Of a stretch of 64,000 nt of DNA, positions 9,701 through 18,753 are shown piece after piece. This DNA comes from Methanothrix sp. (GTDB lineage Archaea; Halobacteriota; Methanosarcinia; Methanotrichales; Methanotrichaceae), in assembly GCA_037128175.1 (NCBI GenBank), contig JBAXWY010000010.1, positions 1 to 64,000 on the forward strand, written 5' to 3'. The notes under the pieces were generated by a model. That model was not told where the DNA came from, made no database searches, and saw nothing but the letters and a program-made list of their open reading frames with translations. The translations under genes and the position numbers were made by a program. Position 1 is the stretch's first letter, and each line of letters begins with the position of its first letter.

Positions 9701-10418
9701 AGCTCAAGGGAAGAAGGAATTCACTTGTCCTTGTGGCGCAACGGTGTCACTGGCAGAACCGAAGGAGCGGATTCACTTCAATTCGGAAGTCGAGGCGATG
9801 GACAGGTCCGCCGATCGGCACCGGGACTTCGATGCATTTGTCATGTCGGCCAAAGGCGAGACGAGCACAAAGAGCTTCCAGGAATGGGCCGGGGGCGACC
9901 GAGTCACTCTGGCAATTGTCTTCACCGATGTGGTCGGCTCGACTGCATTAGGTGAGCAAATCCGAGATGAGTCAATGAACGAAGTCCGTAGAGAGCACTT
10001 TGCCCAAAGCCGGAAACTGATCGCCCAGTTCAAAGGCCGGGAGATCAAAACAATCGGCGACAGCTTCATGGCAGCTTTCAAGTCCGCAGACGCAGCGCTG
10101 GACTATTCGAGAGCGTTACAATGGAAAACTGGGCATCCCCAGATTCAAATTCGTGCCGGCATTCATATCGGGCCGATGCACGTGGAGGAAGGCGATGTGT
10201 TTGGCGGCACAGTGAACTTCGCCTCCCGTGTGGTCAGCAGCATCAAAGACGCAGAAATCTGGCTGAGCGATCGGGCCAAAGACGATATCGATCGGCTCGG
10301 TGCCGGGCAGCACAAACGGCTGGCATGGCAGCGGCACGATGGCGTGGCTATGAAAGGCTTTCCAGGGAGATTCACGCTGTGGTCGGTGCGGAAGGGGCCT
10401 GGCCAAAGAAATCGGTAG
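6744..10418 (+). CDS. TIR - WD40 - Roc GTPase - COR - class III nucleotidyl cyclase multidomain (Roco) protein
   Basis: TIR (YDVFLSHN..SDWVTLE); about 7 GH..WD repeats; P-loop GDTGVGKT and WDLAGQ; COR-like region; cyclase motifs FTDVVGST, EIKTIGD and DVFGGTVNFASR. Confidence 0.85.
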   Translation: MDRGESMSRKFEYDVFLSHNKADKPRVRMLAERMRTAGLRVWLDEWIIQPGDDIYLAVERGLEAARTLVLCLSPAALGSDWVTLERSTALFRDPSNIGRRFIPLLLDDCEIPDTLRRYKYVDYRNETQTVFDQLLASLRAQEQSATANYASETPLIPPVKPEQEIQWEYADEAVRKNLPPGVKLVRTLRGHTGVIGRIAWSPDGHILASPSADKTIRLWDADTGQCLRKLEGHQSSVWSVAFDPFRGILASGSNDKTVKLWDPASGKLLHTLKGHQSDVVSVAFDPAGTILASGSHDKTIKFWGPTSGRLFRTLEGHNKSVDSIAFDPAGTILASVSDESDIKLWDVDRGKISRTIKQSCGFGLHLAFDPFDNRIAIGKIDKTIDLRKNSTGRLLQTLEGHLGAVNCVAFSPRSRLLASRGFGHKEIFVWRTDTNACVTKIELGLSSVSYAISGLAFHPTRSWIAFADSDPSVLKIEDGNYVDKKENDHVIYIFELDLGVLLGQVAESSAHYVNAKVVLVGDTGVGKTGLSLVLNNQPFGDPGSTPGRRVWTLDSQEVKVEGGITQTRETLLWDLAGQPGYRVIHQLHLNEVAVALVVFDARSEIDPLAGVRHWERALRLAQQRQGTSGVPMKKFLVSARNDRGGVSISEERMLAILKEFGFDGYFKTSAMEGWQINELRSAIEQAIPWEELPEVSSSQLFADIKSFLLEVKKTGQLLAPASQLHAEFACDHPDTATKVANLRDQFDTCIGRLENRDLIRRLSFGCYVLLQSELLDAYASAMVNTAKQEPDGLGSLAEEIALAGKFFVPEEQKVKDPGQEQLLLHATVEELVQHDLALRENADDGRYLVFPSQFNRDYEDAPEPKGKALAITFDGPVQSLYATLAVRLGHSGLFTTGRAEMWRNAAVFTAIAGGKCGLFLNEFAEARGRLILFFDEDASPETRFHFEEFVLAHAKRRALDGTVDLVRFFVCSTGHPVPDDYVKLLLAQGKKEFTCPCGATVSLAEPKERIHFNSEVEAMDRSADRHRDFDAFVMSAKGETSTKSFQEWAGGDRVTLAIVFTDVVGSTALGEQIRDESMNEVRREHFAQSRKLIAQFKGREIKTIGDSFMAAFKSADAALDYSRALQWKTGHPQIQIRAGIHIGPMHVEEGDVFGGTVNFASRVVSSIKDAEIWLSDRAKDDIDRLGAGQHKRLAWQRHDGVAMKGFPGRFTLWSVRKGPGQRNR

Positions 10419-10503
10419 GTGTGCATTCTTGTGATCGGCGGTTGGCGAGAGTCAGGCAGCGGATCAATTATGGGCAGGAATTTGTTTCTGCCAAAATAGT
10501 CCA

Positions 10504-10570
10504 TCTCTCATCGAGACTTCGCGGCTTCGCGCCTTCGCGTGAGCCGGAACCGCGTGCAAAGCCGCCAAGG
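10504..10570. repeat. REP-like CTTCGCG-periodic element
   Basis: 10504-10542 is the reverse complement of 41643-41681 at 37/39 nt; related copy at 55062-55126. Confidence 0.75.
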
Positions 10571-10597
10571 AGCCAATTCAAAGATGAAAATCCTATA

Positions 10598-10621
10598 TAT
10601 CTGTGCATGCATACACAGATA
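10598..10621. promoter_or_regulatory. Palindromic operator before the antitoxin
   Basis: TATCTGTG-CATGCATA-CACAGATA just upstream of the ATG at 10623, next to a TATA-like CTATATAT. Confidence 0.5.
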
Positions 10622-10622
10622 C

Positions 10623-10775
10623 ATGGCATCCAAGACCAATGTCATTGAAAGGCCGCTCAAGAAGGAGAAAATAGACTTATCCGAGTACTTCGGAGCCATC
10701 AAGCACAGTCCATTACTGGACAGGATTGAGGCAGATTCTAAAAAGATAAGAGAGAATGCGAGGTCGAGAGTCTGA
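10623..10775 (+). CDS. VapB-like antitoxin (short, possibly internally deleted) followed by a PIN stub
   Basis: MASKT..KIDLSEYFGAIK..; the overlapping next frame begins (L)IVLD, a PIN start, and is then lost. Confidence 0.55.
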   Translation: MASKTNVIERPLKKEKIDLSEYFGAIKHSPLLDRIEADSKKIRENARSRV

Positions 10776-10794
10776 TCGTCCTGGATATGAGTCT

Positions 10795-11580
10795 ATGAGA
10801 ATACCGCTATACCATGTCGATGCCTTCACCTCCGAGGTTTTTTCCGGCAACCCCGCCGCAGTATGCCTCCTGGATTGCTGGCTTGATGACCGGACCCTCC
10901 AGGCCATGGCTGCTGAGAACAACCTCTCTGAAACGGCCTTTTTGGTCCGCAATGCCATAGGATTTGACATCAGATGGTTCACTCCTCTCACAGAGGTCGC
11001 GCTTTGCGGTCATGCCACATTGGCGAGCGCTTTTGTTCTTTTCAATTGCAGGAAATGGCCCGAGGAAAGCATCATATTTCAAACACGCTGGAGCGGAGAG
11101 CTTGAGGTGACAAGGAATGGAAATCTCCTCGAAATGAACTTTCCCGCAAGAGCTCCTCATGCCATAAGCCCTCCCGCCGGGCTTGAGGAAGCCCTGGGAG
11201 TCACTCTCAAAGAGACGCTCTCTTCGCTAGAGGATCTGCTTGTTTTACTGGATAGCGAGAAGGCAGTAGGTGCTGTGCAGCCCGATTTTCCCGCCCTGGC
11301 CCGGATAGCCTGTCGCGGTATCATTATTACAGCCAGTGGAGATCAATCTGACTTCGTATCGCGCTTCTTTGCGCCACGAATTGGAGTGCCTGAAGACCCG
11401 GTGACGGGCTCCAGCCACTGTGTTCTGGCTCCATATTGGGCAGGAGTGCTTGGCAAGAATGATCTTCATGCATTTCAGCTCTCGAAGCGAGGCGGCGAGT
11501 TATTCTGCACCAATGCAGGCGACCGCGTAAAAATATCCGGAAGAGCAGCTCTCTATCTGGAGGGCACGATAACGGCTTGA
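10795..11580 (+). CDS. PhzF-family isomerase/epimerase
   Basis: VDAFT..GNPAAV, SETAF, LCGHATLA and EDPVTGS motifs. Confidence 0.9.
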   Translation: MRIPLYHVDAFTSEVFSGNPAAVCLLDCWLDDRTLQAMAAENNLSETAFLVRNAIGFDIRWFTPLTEVALCGHATLASAFVLFNCRKWPEESIIFQTRWSGELEVTRNGNLLEMNFPARAPHAISPPAGLEEALGVTLKETLSSLEDLLVLLDSEKAVGAVQPDFPALARIACRGIIITASGDQSDFVSRFFAPRIGVPEDPVTGSSHCVLAPYWAGVLGKNDLHAFQLSKRGGELFCTNAGDRVKISGRAALYLEGTITA

Positions 11581-11712
11581 TGCGAATTCAAGATGGTTTA
11601 TTGATCGAGGATAAAATGGCCGAAAAATATAAATTGAGCAGCCTCCAGCCTTCCCGTGAATAGCTAGCAGATGATGCAGCAAAAAGAGATAAATCGACGA
11701 GGATAGATCCAG

Positions 11713-12129
11713 ATGGCTACATTCGACGAGATTCATGATGCATTCCTATTCGTCAGTTCAGACGGATACGGGATGAATAGAGCGCTCCTCTGCCTGGATA
11801 ACGGCGAAATATATTATCACTCCGAAGATGGAGTCTTCGATGAGCTGGATGAAGACAAATTCGACTGCGATCATTTCCTAGAGATCCCCCACAAGAATGA
11901 CCTTGATTTGGGTCAGAGCCTTGTCTATGAATTTGTAGAGCAGCAAATGCCGAACGACTCTGGCCGCGTCCAGGGGATCTTCAGCAATCGCGGAGCCTAC
12001 CGCAGGTTCAAAGACCTTCTGGAGCACAGGGGACTATTGGAGGACTGGTACGATTTCGAAAGCCATCGTGAGGAAGAGGCCCTGCACGAATGGTGTCGGG
12101 AAAACGAGATCAAGCTAAAATCCACATAA
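11713..12129 (+). CDS. UPF0158-family protein
   Basis: RGAYRRFKDLL..WY.F..EW motif. Confidence 0.7.
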   Translation: MATFDEIHDAFLFVSSDGYGMNRALLCLDNGEIYYHSEDGVFDELDEDKFDCDHFLEIPHKNDLDLGQSLVYEFVEQQMPNDSGRVQGIFSNRGAYRRFKDLLEHRGLLEDWYDFESHREEEALHEWCRENEIKLKST

Positions 12130-12259
12130 GTTTTTTATACGAGGAGCGTATCAACAGTTTGGTTCAATGGATTATTTCGCCCCCCATCGTGGTGAGCGGG
12201 CGGCGTCGGGCTCTGACCCGGGGCTGATCCAGAGGATTTAGACTCCCTGGAGGACAAAC

Positions 12260-12811
12260 TTGGCTAAACCAAATGCAGGAAAAGAGAAGCCTAAAAAGGT
12301 TGAAGAGAAGCCTAAGAAGACTGTTGTCGATGAGAATCTTAGGTACATAGTTCGCATTCTAAATACAGACCTGGTCGGAAAGCAGCAGGTCCACATGGCC
12401 CTGACGGGCATCAAAGGTGTGGGCCGCCGATGCGCCAAGGTCTTTACCGATAAGGCAGGCGTGGATCCATTTGCCACACTGGGCCTACTTCCCGATTCGG
12501 AGATAGACAAGCTCAAGAAGGTCATCGAGGAGGACGCCACCAAAGTTCTGCCTGTCTGGATGGTCAACCGGCGCGGTGATATTGAAACCGGCACTGATAT
12601 CCACGTTATGGCCATGGACCTCAACATGACGCTACGCGAAGACCTGGACCTCATGAAGAAGATGAGGAGCTACAAGGGCATCAGGCACGAGCGGGGACTA
12701 CGTGTTAGAGGCCAGAGGACCAGATCTTCCGGACGCACGGGCGCCATCGTTGGTGTCAGCCGCAAGAAGGAAGGAACACCAGCCGCAGCACCAGCTGCAA
12801 CCAAGGAGTAG
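12260..12811 (+). CDS. rps13: 30S ribosomal protein S13
   Basis: ALTGIKGVG and SYKGIRHERGLRVRGQRTRS; TTG start after GGAGG. Confidence 0.95.
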   Translation: MAKPNAGKEKPKKVEEKPKKTVVDENLRYIVRILNTDLVGKQQVHMALTGIKGVGRRCAKVFTDKAGVDPFATLGLLPDSEIDKLKKVIEEDATKVLPVWMVNRRGDIETGTDIHVMAMDLNMTLREDLDLMKKMRSYKGIRHERGLRVRGQRTRSSGRTGAIVGVSRKKEGTPAAAPAATKE

Positions 12812-12821
12812 GTGGTAAATA

Positions 12822-13358
12822 ATGGGATATCCAGGCAAGAGCCGCAAGATGTACGAGCGGCCCCGCACTCCCTGGCAGGCGGAGCGCATCGCTGGGGAAG
12901 TAGAGGTCGTCAAGGCCTTTGGCCTTAGAAACAAGAGAGAACTGTGGAAGGCCCAGGCGTTCCTTCGGAAGTACAGGCAGATCAGCAGGAAGATGCTCGC
13001 CGCCGTCTCCACCGGCCAGGCACCCCAAGAGGCAGAAGCCATTCTCGCTCGCTTAAAGAGGCTGGGAATGCTCAAAACGGAAGGGGATCTAGACGCCGTC
13101 CTTTCCATGAAGGTAGCCGATGTTTTGGAGAGAAGACTGCAAACGCAGGTCTACCGCCAGGGTCTCGCCAATTCCTTGAAGCAGTCCCGACAGTTCATAG
13201 TTCACGGCCATATCCAGGTCGCCGGACGCAGAGTTGACGTTCCGGGATTTCTGGTAAAGCGGGGCGAGGAAATGAGCATTGATTATTACATGGGTTCCCC
13301 AATGGCCAAGGAAGGCCATCCAGAGAGGGCATCCCGAACGTCCAAGGTGGGTGCATAA
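12822..13358 (+). CDS. rps4: 30S ribosomal protein S4
   Basis: GLRNKRELW, LERRLQT and RQFIVHGHI; operon position. Confidence 0.95.
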   Translation: MGYPGKSRKMYERPRTPWQAERIAGEVEVVKAFGLRNKRELWKAQAFLRKYRQISRKMLAAVSTGQAPQEAEAILARLKRLGMLKTEGDLDAVLSMKVADVLERRLQTQVYRQGLANSLKQSRQFIVHGHIQVAGRRVDVPGFLVKRGEEMSIDYYMGSPMAKEGHPERASRTSKVGA

Positions 13359-13748
13359 ATGGCAGAAGGAAAATGGGGCATTGCCCATATCTATTCGTCC
13401 TTTAACAACACGCTTATTACCATCACCGACATAACCGGAGCCGAGACAATGGCGAAGATCTCAGGCGGCATGGTGGTAAAGGCGGCCAGAGACGAAAGTA
13501 GTCCCTACACAGCCATGCAGATGGCCATGCAGGTCGCTGATGCTGTAAAAGACAAGGGGATTGTCGGGGTTCACGTTAAAGTGCGCGCTCCGGGCGGCAA
13601 CAAGCAGAGGTCTCCGGGACCTGGAGCTCAGGCAGCCATACGTGCTCTTGCTCGCGCTGGTCTGCGCATTGGCAGAATAGAGGATGCGACCCCCATACCC
13701 CACGACGGCACCAAGCCTGCCGGCGGAAAGAGGGGTCGAAGGGTGTAG
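13359..13748 (+). CDS. rps11: 30S ribosomal protein S11
   Basis: [20 protein letters not shown] and TPIPHDG. Confidence 0.95.
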   Translation: MAEGKWGIAHIYSSFNNTLITITDITGAETMAKISGGMVVKAARDESSPYTAMQMAMQVADAVKDKGIVGVHVKVRAPGGNKQRSPGPGAQAAIRALARAGLRIGRIEDATPIPHDGTKPAGGKRGRRV

Positions 13749-13751
13749 AGT

Positions 13752-14546
13752 TTGAAGTTTGAACTGTTGCAGCTCGAGGAGGACCGCATCCGGTATCTCC
13801 TCAGCGGCGTCACAGCCGCTTTCGCCAACGGCATTCGCCGCGCCTGCATGAGTGAAGTGCCTGTGCTGGCCATAGACGAGATAGGGCTCTATGACAACAC
13901 ATCGGTGCTCTTCGATGAGCAGATTGGACTACGCTTAGGAGAGGTGCCCTTACGGGCTGAGGATCTGGATATCTTCTGCCAGCCGGAGGATTGCCAGTGC
14001 GGCGGAACCGGATGTCCCGGATGTCGTGTGGAGTTCATGCTCTCCTCGGAAGGGCCGGGCATGGTCTACTCCAGGGACATTCAGTTCACCGACCCAGGTG
14101 TCAAGCCCGCCTTCGACAAGATTCCCATCGTCATCTTAGGCGATGGCGAGAAGCTGGTCATTGAGGGCTATGCCACAAAACATGTGGGCACCGAGCACAC
14201 CAAGTGGCAGGCCGGCACGCTGTGCGGCTACAAGAATCAGCCCAGCATAGTTGTGGCAGATTCCTGCGACGGATGCGGAAAGTGCGTTGAGGTCTGCCCC
14301 AGAAACCTTCTGTCTGTGGAAGGCGGCAGAGCGAAAACTACTAATATGCTGGAATGCTCTCTGTGCAAGCTCTGTGTTGATGCGTGCGAGCCGGGGGCCA
14401 TAAAGCTCTCGCCCATTATGGACTCATTCGTGGTGTCCATTGAAAGCAGCGGCACTTTGCCCGCCAAGGATCTGGTGGCGAAGGCGGCCGAAGAGATCAA
14501 GAAGAGGGCAGAAGACTTAGACGCAAAGCTGGCAGAGCTAGCTTAG
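13752..14546 (+). CDS. rpoD: RNA polymerase subunit D with a ferredoxin-like insert
   Basis: FANGIRR..EVP and NTSVLFDE; CxxCxxCxxxCP and CxxCxxCxxxC clusters; follows rps11. Confidence 0.95.
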   Translation: MKFELLQLEEDRIRYLLSGVTAAFANGIRRACMSEVPVLAIDEIGLYDNTSVLFDEQIGLRLGEVPLRAEDLDIFCQPEDCQCGGTGCPGCRVEFMLSSEGPGMVYSRDIQFTDPGVKPAFDKIPIVILGDGEKLVIEGYATKHVGTEHTKWQAGTLCGYKNQPSIVVADSCDGCGKCVEVCPRNLLSVEGGRAKTTNMLECSLCKLCVDACEPGAIKLSPIMDSFVVSIESSGTLPAKDLVAKAAEEIKKRAEDLDAKLAELA

Positions 14547-14597
14547 AATTATAAAGGATCGGCTCGGCAGAAAGCCGATCTACAAACCCAATTTCGA

Positions 14598-14682
14598 GCG
14601 GGGGTTTCCAAGCCAGGTCAAAGGAGCAGGGTTGAGGGCCCTGTCGCGCAGGCGTTCACGGGTTCAAATCCCGTCTCCCGCA
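14598..14682 (+). tRNA. tRNA-Leu (GAG)
   Basis: GCGGGGG/CTCCCGC-A acceptor; CAGGG-TTGAGGG-CCCTG anticodon arm; long variable arm; GGTTCAAATCC. Confidence 0.95.
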
Positions 14683-14723
14683 TATTATTCGCCAACGAGC
14701 GAACACTTTTTGCTTTGCTACAT

Positions 14724-15512
14724 CTATTTATCTCCGGTCTGACTTCTGCCGTAATGAATTGTAATTCCATTCGGGTCTTTTGATACATTAAAACCCAAAA
14801 AACCCTCGTTTAATAGCTTCTTCTGAACTTCAATATCTGAGCTTTTAATAATCATGACATCCTGCCAAGTTGGATGAGCACTAATACAGATGTTTTTGAA
14901 TAATATGCATCTGATCAATCCACCATACTTCTTCGTTATCTCCTTGATTAAGAATCCACTTTGAAACATATTTCGTAGGCTATAATAGTTTTTAGGCGAT
15001 ACTGTGCATAAAACGTGGCAACATCCGACACTATTAATAACATCCAGAGTATATTTTATTAATTTTAGTTGAAAGGAGTTCCCCCTATAATCGGGATGAA
15101 CAAAAGAAAATTTAATATGAGCAACCTTTTTTAAATCTTCTTTTGACATTCCGATATCTCGTCCGAGGTTATCCTGCTCATCTCCAGGTGTATGGATGCA
15201 GTTAAAGCCAATAAGACCTTCACCGGTTAATACTCCAAGCGCGAAAGTCTTTTCACTGAGATATTTCTTTAATTTTTCTTGGGATGCGGGGTAGTAGATT
15301 TCGGAGTCTTTGAGACCATGGAGAACAATTTCCTGCAATTTTATGACATCTTGTAGGTCGTATTCAGTCAGAAACCTTATTATGTATTTCGACCTTGCTT
15401 CATGAGAATCCCCGCTGCCTTTCAAATAACCTGCTTCGAGAATTGAATCCTTTTGGCTCGCCTTAATAGCTATGAACTCCCCACCAAGAAGCTGCTTGAA
15501 TCCAATAGCCAC
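14724..15512 (-). CDS. GNAT-family N-acetyltransferase (AT-rich)
   Basis: FVHPDYRGNSFQ acetyl-CoA motif; TVSPKNYYSL. Confidence 0.75.
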   Translation of the reverse strand: MAIGFKQLLGGEFIAIKASQKDSILEAGYLKGSGDSHEARSKYIIRFLTEYDLQDVIKLQEIVLHGLKDSEIYYPASQEKLKKYLSEKTFALGVLTGEGLIGFNCIHTPGDEQDNLGRDIGMSKEDLKKVAHIKFSFVHPDYRGNSFQLKLIKYTLDVINSVGCCHVLCTVSPKNYYSLRNMFQSGFLIKEITKKYGGLIRCILFKNICISAHPTWQDVMIIKSSDIEVQKKLLNEGFLGFNVSKDPNGITIHYGRSQTGDK

Positions 15513-15700
15513 TCACATTAGACAATAATATCTAAATTTTGCGGCTCTCTTGGAACGAGATTAGTGAGCTTTCTGGTGACAGGATTCTTTTTTAGGTGTC
15601 GGAAACGTATTCATATTTGGACCGTCAATTTTAGGGTAGAAGCGGCACTGAAAATAGGGCTAAAATCGAAGCGCGGCGAAGAGATCAAAGTATCTCTGAG

Positions 15701-15811
15701 CAAGCCAGGTCAAAGGAGCAGGGTTGAGGCCCCTGTCGCGCAGGCGTTCACGGGTTCAAATCCCGTCTCCCGCATTTATTTACACATCAGATGACGCTTC
15801 ATAGGTTTGAC
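15701..15811 (+). repeat. Partial tRNA-Leu copy 2 (lacks the first 11 nt) plus a 37-nt tail; att-like
   Basis: 15701-15774 matches 14609-14682 with one mismatch. The tail is shared with 18623-18659. Confidence 0.85.
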
Positions 15812-15900
15812 CCTTTCTTTCTCCAAGACAATAGTAACCACCTTCAAGTGACAAAATCGTTGAGTAAATAAAATATACTTGAAACCATCAATAATCATCT

Positions 15901-16825
15901 ATGAAAAATGCTGGATTTGCTCTATTAATCATCATGCTGGCGGGACTTGCTTTGGCTGCACCAATGCCACTCCAGATGATAGTCAACAATGATTCGATGC
16001 AGTGCGCGAGATTCCTGCCGGGGGATGGGTGCATGGACTGTACGCCACCCGTTGGCTGGGAGGTGCTAAGTCCATATTCATCCTACCCAGAAAGCTAGAC
16101 GTTGGTTACTGTAAACGGGAACTGCAAGGGGTTCGAGCGCGAGCATTGCTGCACCGAAAAGCATTCTGGTGCCTCCGGTGATTGCCGAAACATGGGTCAT
16201 GAACAGCTTAACCAAGCAATGTGCCTTTATGACTAATGCCACAAAATTTGCCGTCTCCGCTGACGGGCAAAAGATGCCCGAAAATGTCACTTTATCCAGC
16301 TGGGTATGTCCGCTCGATTATACTTGGAAGACACTCACAACAACTATTCCAGCTAATGCTGCTCAATACGGACCGGTAAATGTAGTTTCTGCGAAGAATG
16401 ATGCTGATTTTCAGGTCAGCCCAGGGAACTATGTTTCTGGTTGGACATGGTTAAAGCAACCAGGACAATTTGCAACCTGGACTTTTTATAACCTGCCAAC
16501 CGATAGAAAGCTGTACATTTATCTTGCACCTCTAGTCACCCGTCCCTCCGGAAACGGTGGAGGTAGCGGATATTCCACCGACGCGAAGGTCGCCTATGGC
16601 ACAAGAATAGGCAGCATAAATGCAACCTTTGCTCTAAAGAACGCGCACCAAGAGTTCCAGGTGCCTGCGGACACTTTTGGCTGGGGCTACCAGACATTCG
16701 GCTACTTGATGATCCCCGCTGATAAAATACCACTAAATGGACAGCTTACGTTTACCCTTACGATGTTTCCCAATGCCGAGCATGTGGCAGTGAACAAGGA
16801 GTGCTGCACCATTGAGTACCTATAA
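15901..16825 (+). pseudogene. Disrupted Cys-rich secreted protein (in-frame TAG plus a frameshift)
   Basis: Signal peptide; TAG at 16096-16098 followed in frame by TLVTVNGNCKGFEREHCC..DCRNM; extra G at about 16194 joins the 16169-16825 frame. Confidence 0.65.
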
Positions 16826-16988
16826 AAGAAATTGTTAATAATCCCCTAATTTTTATTATAGTATAATTATAGTATTTATTTAGCCGCTAAAATTTGATAA
16901 AATTATATAAATAAAATTTTGAGACAAGACTAACCAATAATAGATAGTGTTAAATTCTATCAGTGCTAACAGTAACTTGTGAAATCAT

Positions 16989-17726
16989 ATGACATATAAA
17001 AAATTCTTGCCGTATATAACATTGTTCATTTTATGCTTGCTGACCAGTTTAGCATGCGGACAGGACTATCTTGGTGGAGGATACGTCGGACCTTATGGTG
17101 GTGAGATGGCTCAATACTTCACAGATCCCATATTTTCCCCAAACCAACAACAGAGTTGGGAGACAATGTACTACCCCTACTTTGGTGCAGAATTTTTCAG
17201 AGATTATGCCTATCCTTACCAATATAGGAACGGCACATATCCAGGACCCTATGGAGTATATCCGTTTTATCAATCGCCTTTGTATTCCGACTTTAGATTG
17301 AATTCTCTAGCTGGAATGACATGGGAGCCATTCCAAAAGAACTGGGCAGAAACCGTGGATTATGCAAAAACAAAATCATCCTTTAGGGTATATCAAGGAT
17401 CTAGCTATACGAATCCACCGATTCAATCCCTTGCTCCCACATATATAACCGCCCAGTCGTCCGCTGCAACCACAGGCGATTCTACAGCAACAATCGTCTC
17501 TAAGGGCATGAGGGGATATCAGGTATTCTTAGATGGCAATTACATAGGCACGGAGGGGACTGGTGGAGATCCTCTGGATGGAAAGTTTAGCTTCAGAGTA
17601 GCTGGCAACCAGAACCACGATATTCGGGTCTACGATGGTCAGTTCAACTACCCCAAGACAATGTTCTTTGAACGAGGTGGGACAAAGGTAATCAACGTGG
17701 AGCCAGGAACGGCGGTCTATGTTTAG
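16989..17726 (+). CDS. Secreted Tyr/Pro-rich protein with a PEGA-like C-terminus
   Basis: Signal peptide; YQVFLDGNYIG..HDIRV. Confidence 0.7.
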   Translation: MTYKKFLPYITLFILCLLTSLACGQDYLGGGYVGPYGGEMAQYFTDPIFSPNQQQSWETMYYPYFGAEFFRDYAYPYQYRNGTYPGPYGVYPFYQSPLYSDFRLNSLAGMTWEPFQKNWAETVDYAKTKSSFRVYQGSSYTNPPIQSLAPTYITAQSSAATTGDSTATIVSKGMRGYQVFLDGNYIGTEGTGGDPLDGKFSFRVAGNQNHDIRVYDGQFNYPKTMFFERGGTKVINVEPGTAVYV

Positions 17727-18569
17727 ATCGCCATATCTTCTTTTAACATGGAAAATAGAAAGGGATAGAGCCTCCAGGGGAATTGGGCATGGATATCTGT
17801 AGGCCCTGATTAATAATGGTATTTTTTGCTATTTAAATTTAATTATATTGTTTAAATCTAATTTATAAATAAGAATAGTCATCATAATAATAGGTATTAT
17901 AAAGATGTTTAGTATGATTTTGAGGATTAACTACTAAATGATTGAATATTAACTCCTAATTTGTCAAATATTGGCAAGGATATATCATTATCTGGCGAAA
18001 TATTTATATAGCTATTACGATTACTAGCAATAATATGAACAGCAAGATTGTCTACATCTTGGATATATTGAACGCAGCCTCTATGCAGACATCTATTTGG
18101 CGATGGGAGTTGTATATGATTAGCAAGTATGGCTTTGATCATAGATACAAAGACTCATGGGAGAGGCTGTAAGGCATAGGTCCATCTTCGCGAGGGCATT
18201 TAAAATCGCGATCGGCACCCATTAGACCCAGTGGACCGACTTGTGAGGAACGGATAATTTTCTGCCGAGTATGCCTTAGTTCCACACTTCTTCATCCTCC
18301 TCTTTTCCCTGGTCTTGTGGGTCTTTCTAATCTCTTCTTCTAGACCGCGATTCTGTGAAATAATAGGAGAAGACCCATCGATCGGGTCTGCTACGGTCTC
18401 GTGGGGATCAGCTGTGATATAATTCTCTATAATGTCAGGCATTGCTCGTACCTCTCAAGGACCATACCATCCTTAGCACCTTTTACCCCGACATTACTCA
18501 AAATCGCGTACATGCAAAGGAGCGAAGCAGTCCGAAGGACCGCGACTTCATAGCCGAAGGCTATCTTAA

Positions 18570-18659
18570 GGTTGAGGGCCCTGTCGCACAGGCGTTCACG
18601 GGTTCAAATCCCGTCTCCCGCATTTATTTACACATCAGATGACGCTTCATAGGTTTGAC
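18570..18659 (+). repeat. Partial tRNA-Leu copy 3 (from the anticodon arm) plus a 37-nt tail; att-like
   Basis: GGTTGAGGGCCCTG...CTCCCGCA followed by the same tail as copy 2. Confidence 0.85.
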
Positions 18660-18663
18660 TCTC

Positions 18664-18753
18664 GATGGAAAGATTACGGTTACTCTTATCAAGTTTCCAA
18701 ATGCCGAACATGTGGCCGTAAACAAGGAGTGCGGTACTATTGAGTATATTTGA
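18664..18753 (+). pseudogene. C-terminal remnant paralogous to the 15901-16825 gene
   Basis: DGKITVTLIKFPNAEHVAVNKECGTIEYI* versus NGQLTFTLTMFPNAEHVAVNKECCTIEYL* (16736-16825). Confidence 0.75.

Noticed and set aside
16096-16098. Pyrrolysine read-through at the in-frame TAG
   Set aside because: A frameshift follows about 100 nt later and no pyl genes are in the window. A nonsense mutation is simpler.
15701-18622. Additional functional or split tRNA-Leu genes
   Set aside because: Both lack the 5' acceptor strand, and I see no complementary 5' half or BHB-forming leader.
17927-18642. Small ORFs as an integrase remnant
   Set aside because: No recognisable tyrosine or serine recombinase motifs.
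16736-18753. DGR template/variable repeat pair (16736-16825 versus 18664-18753)
   Set aside because: Mismatches are not restricted to adenines, many are synonymous, and no reverse transcriptase is present.
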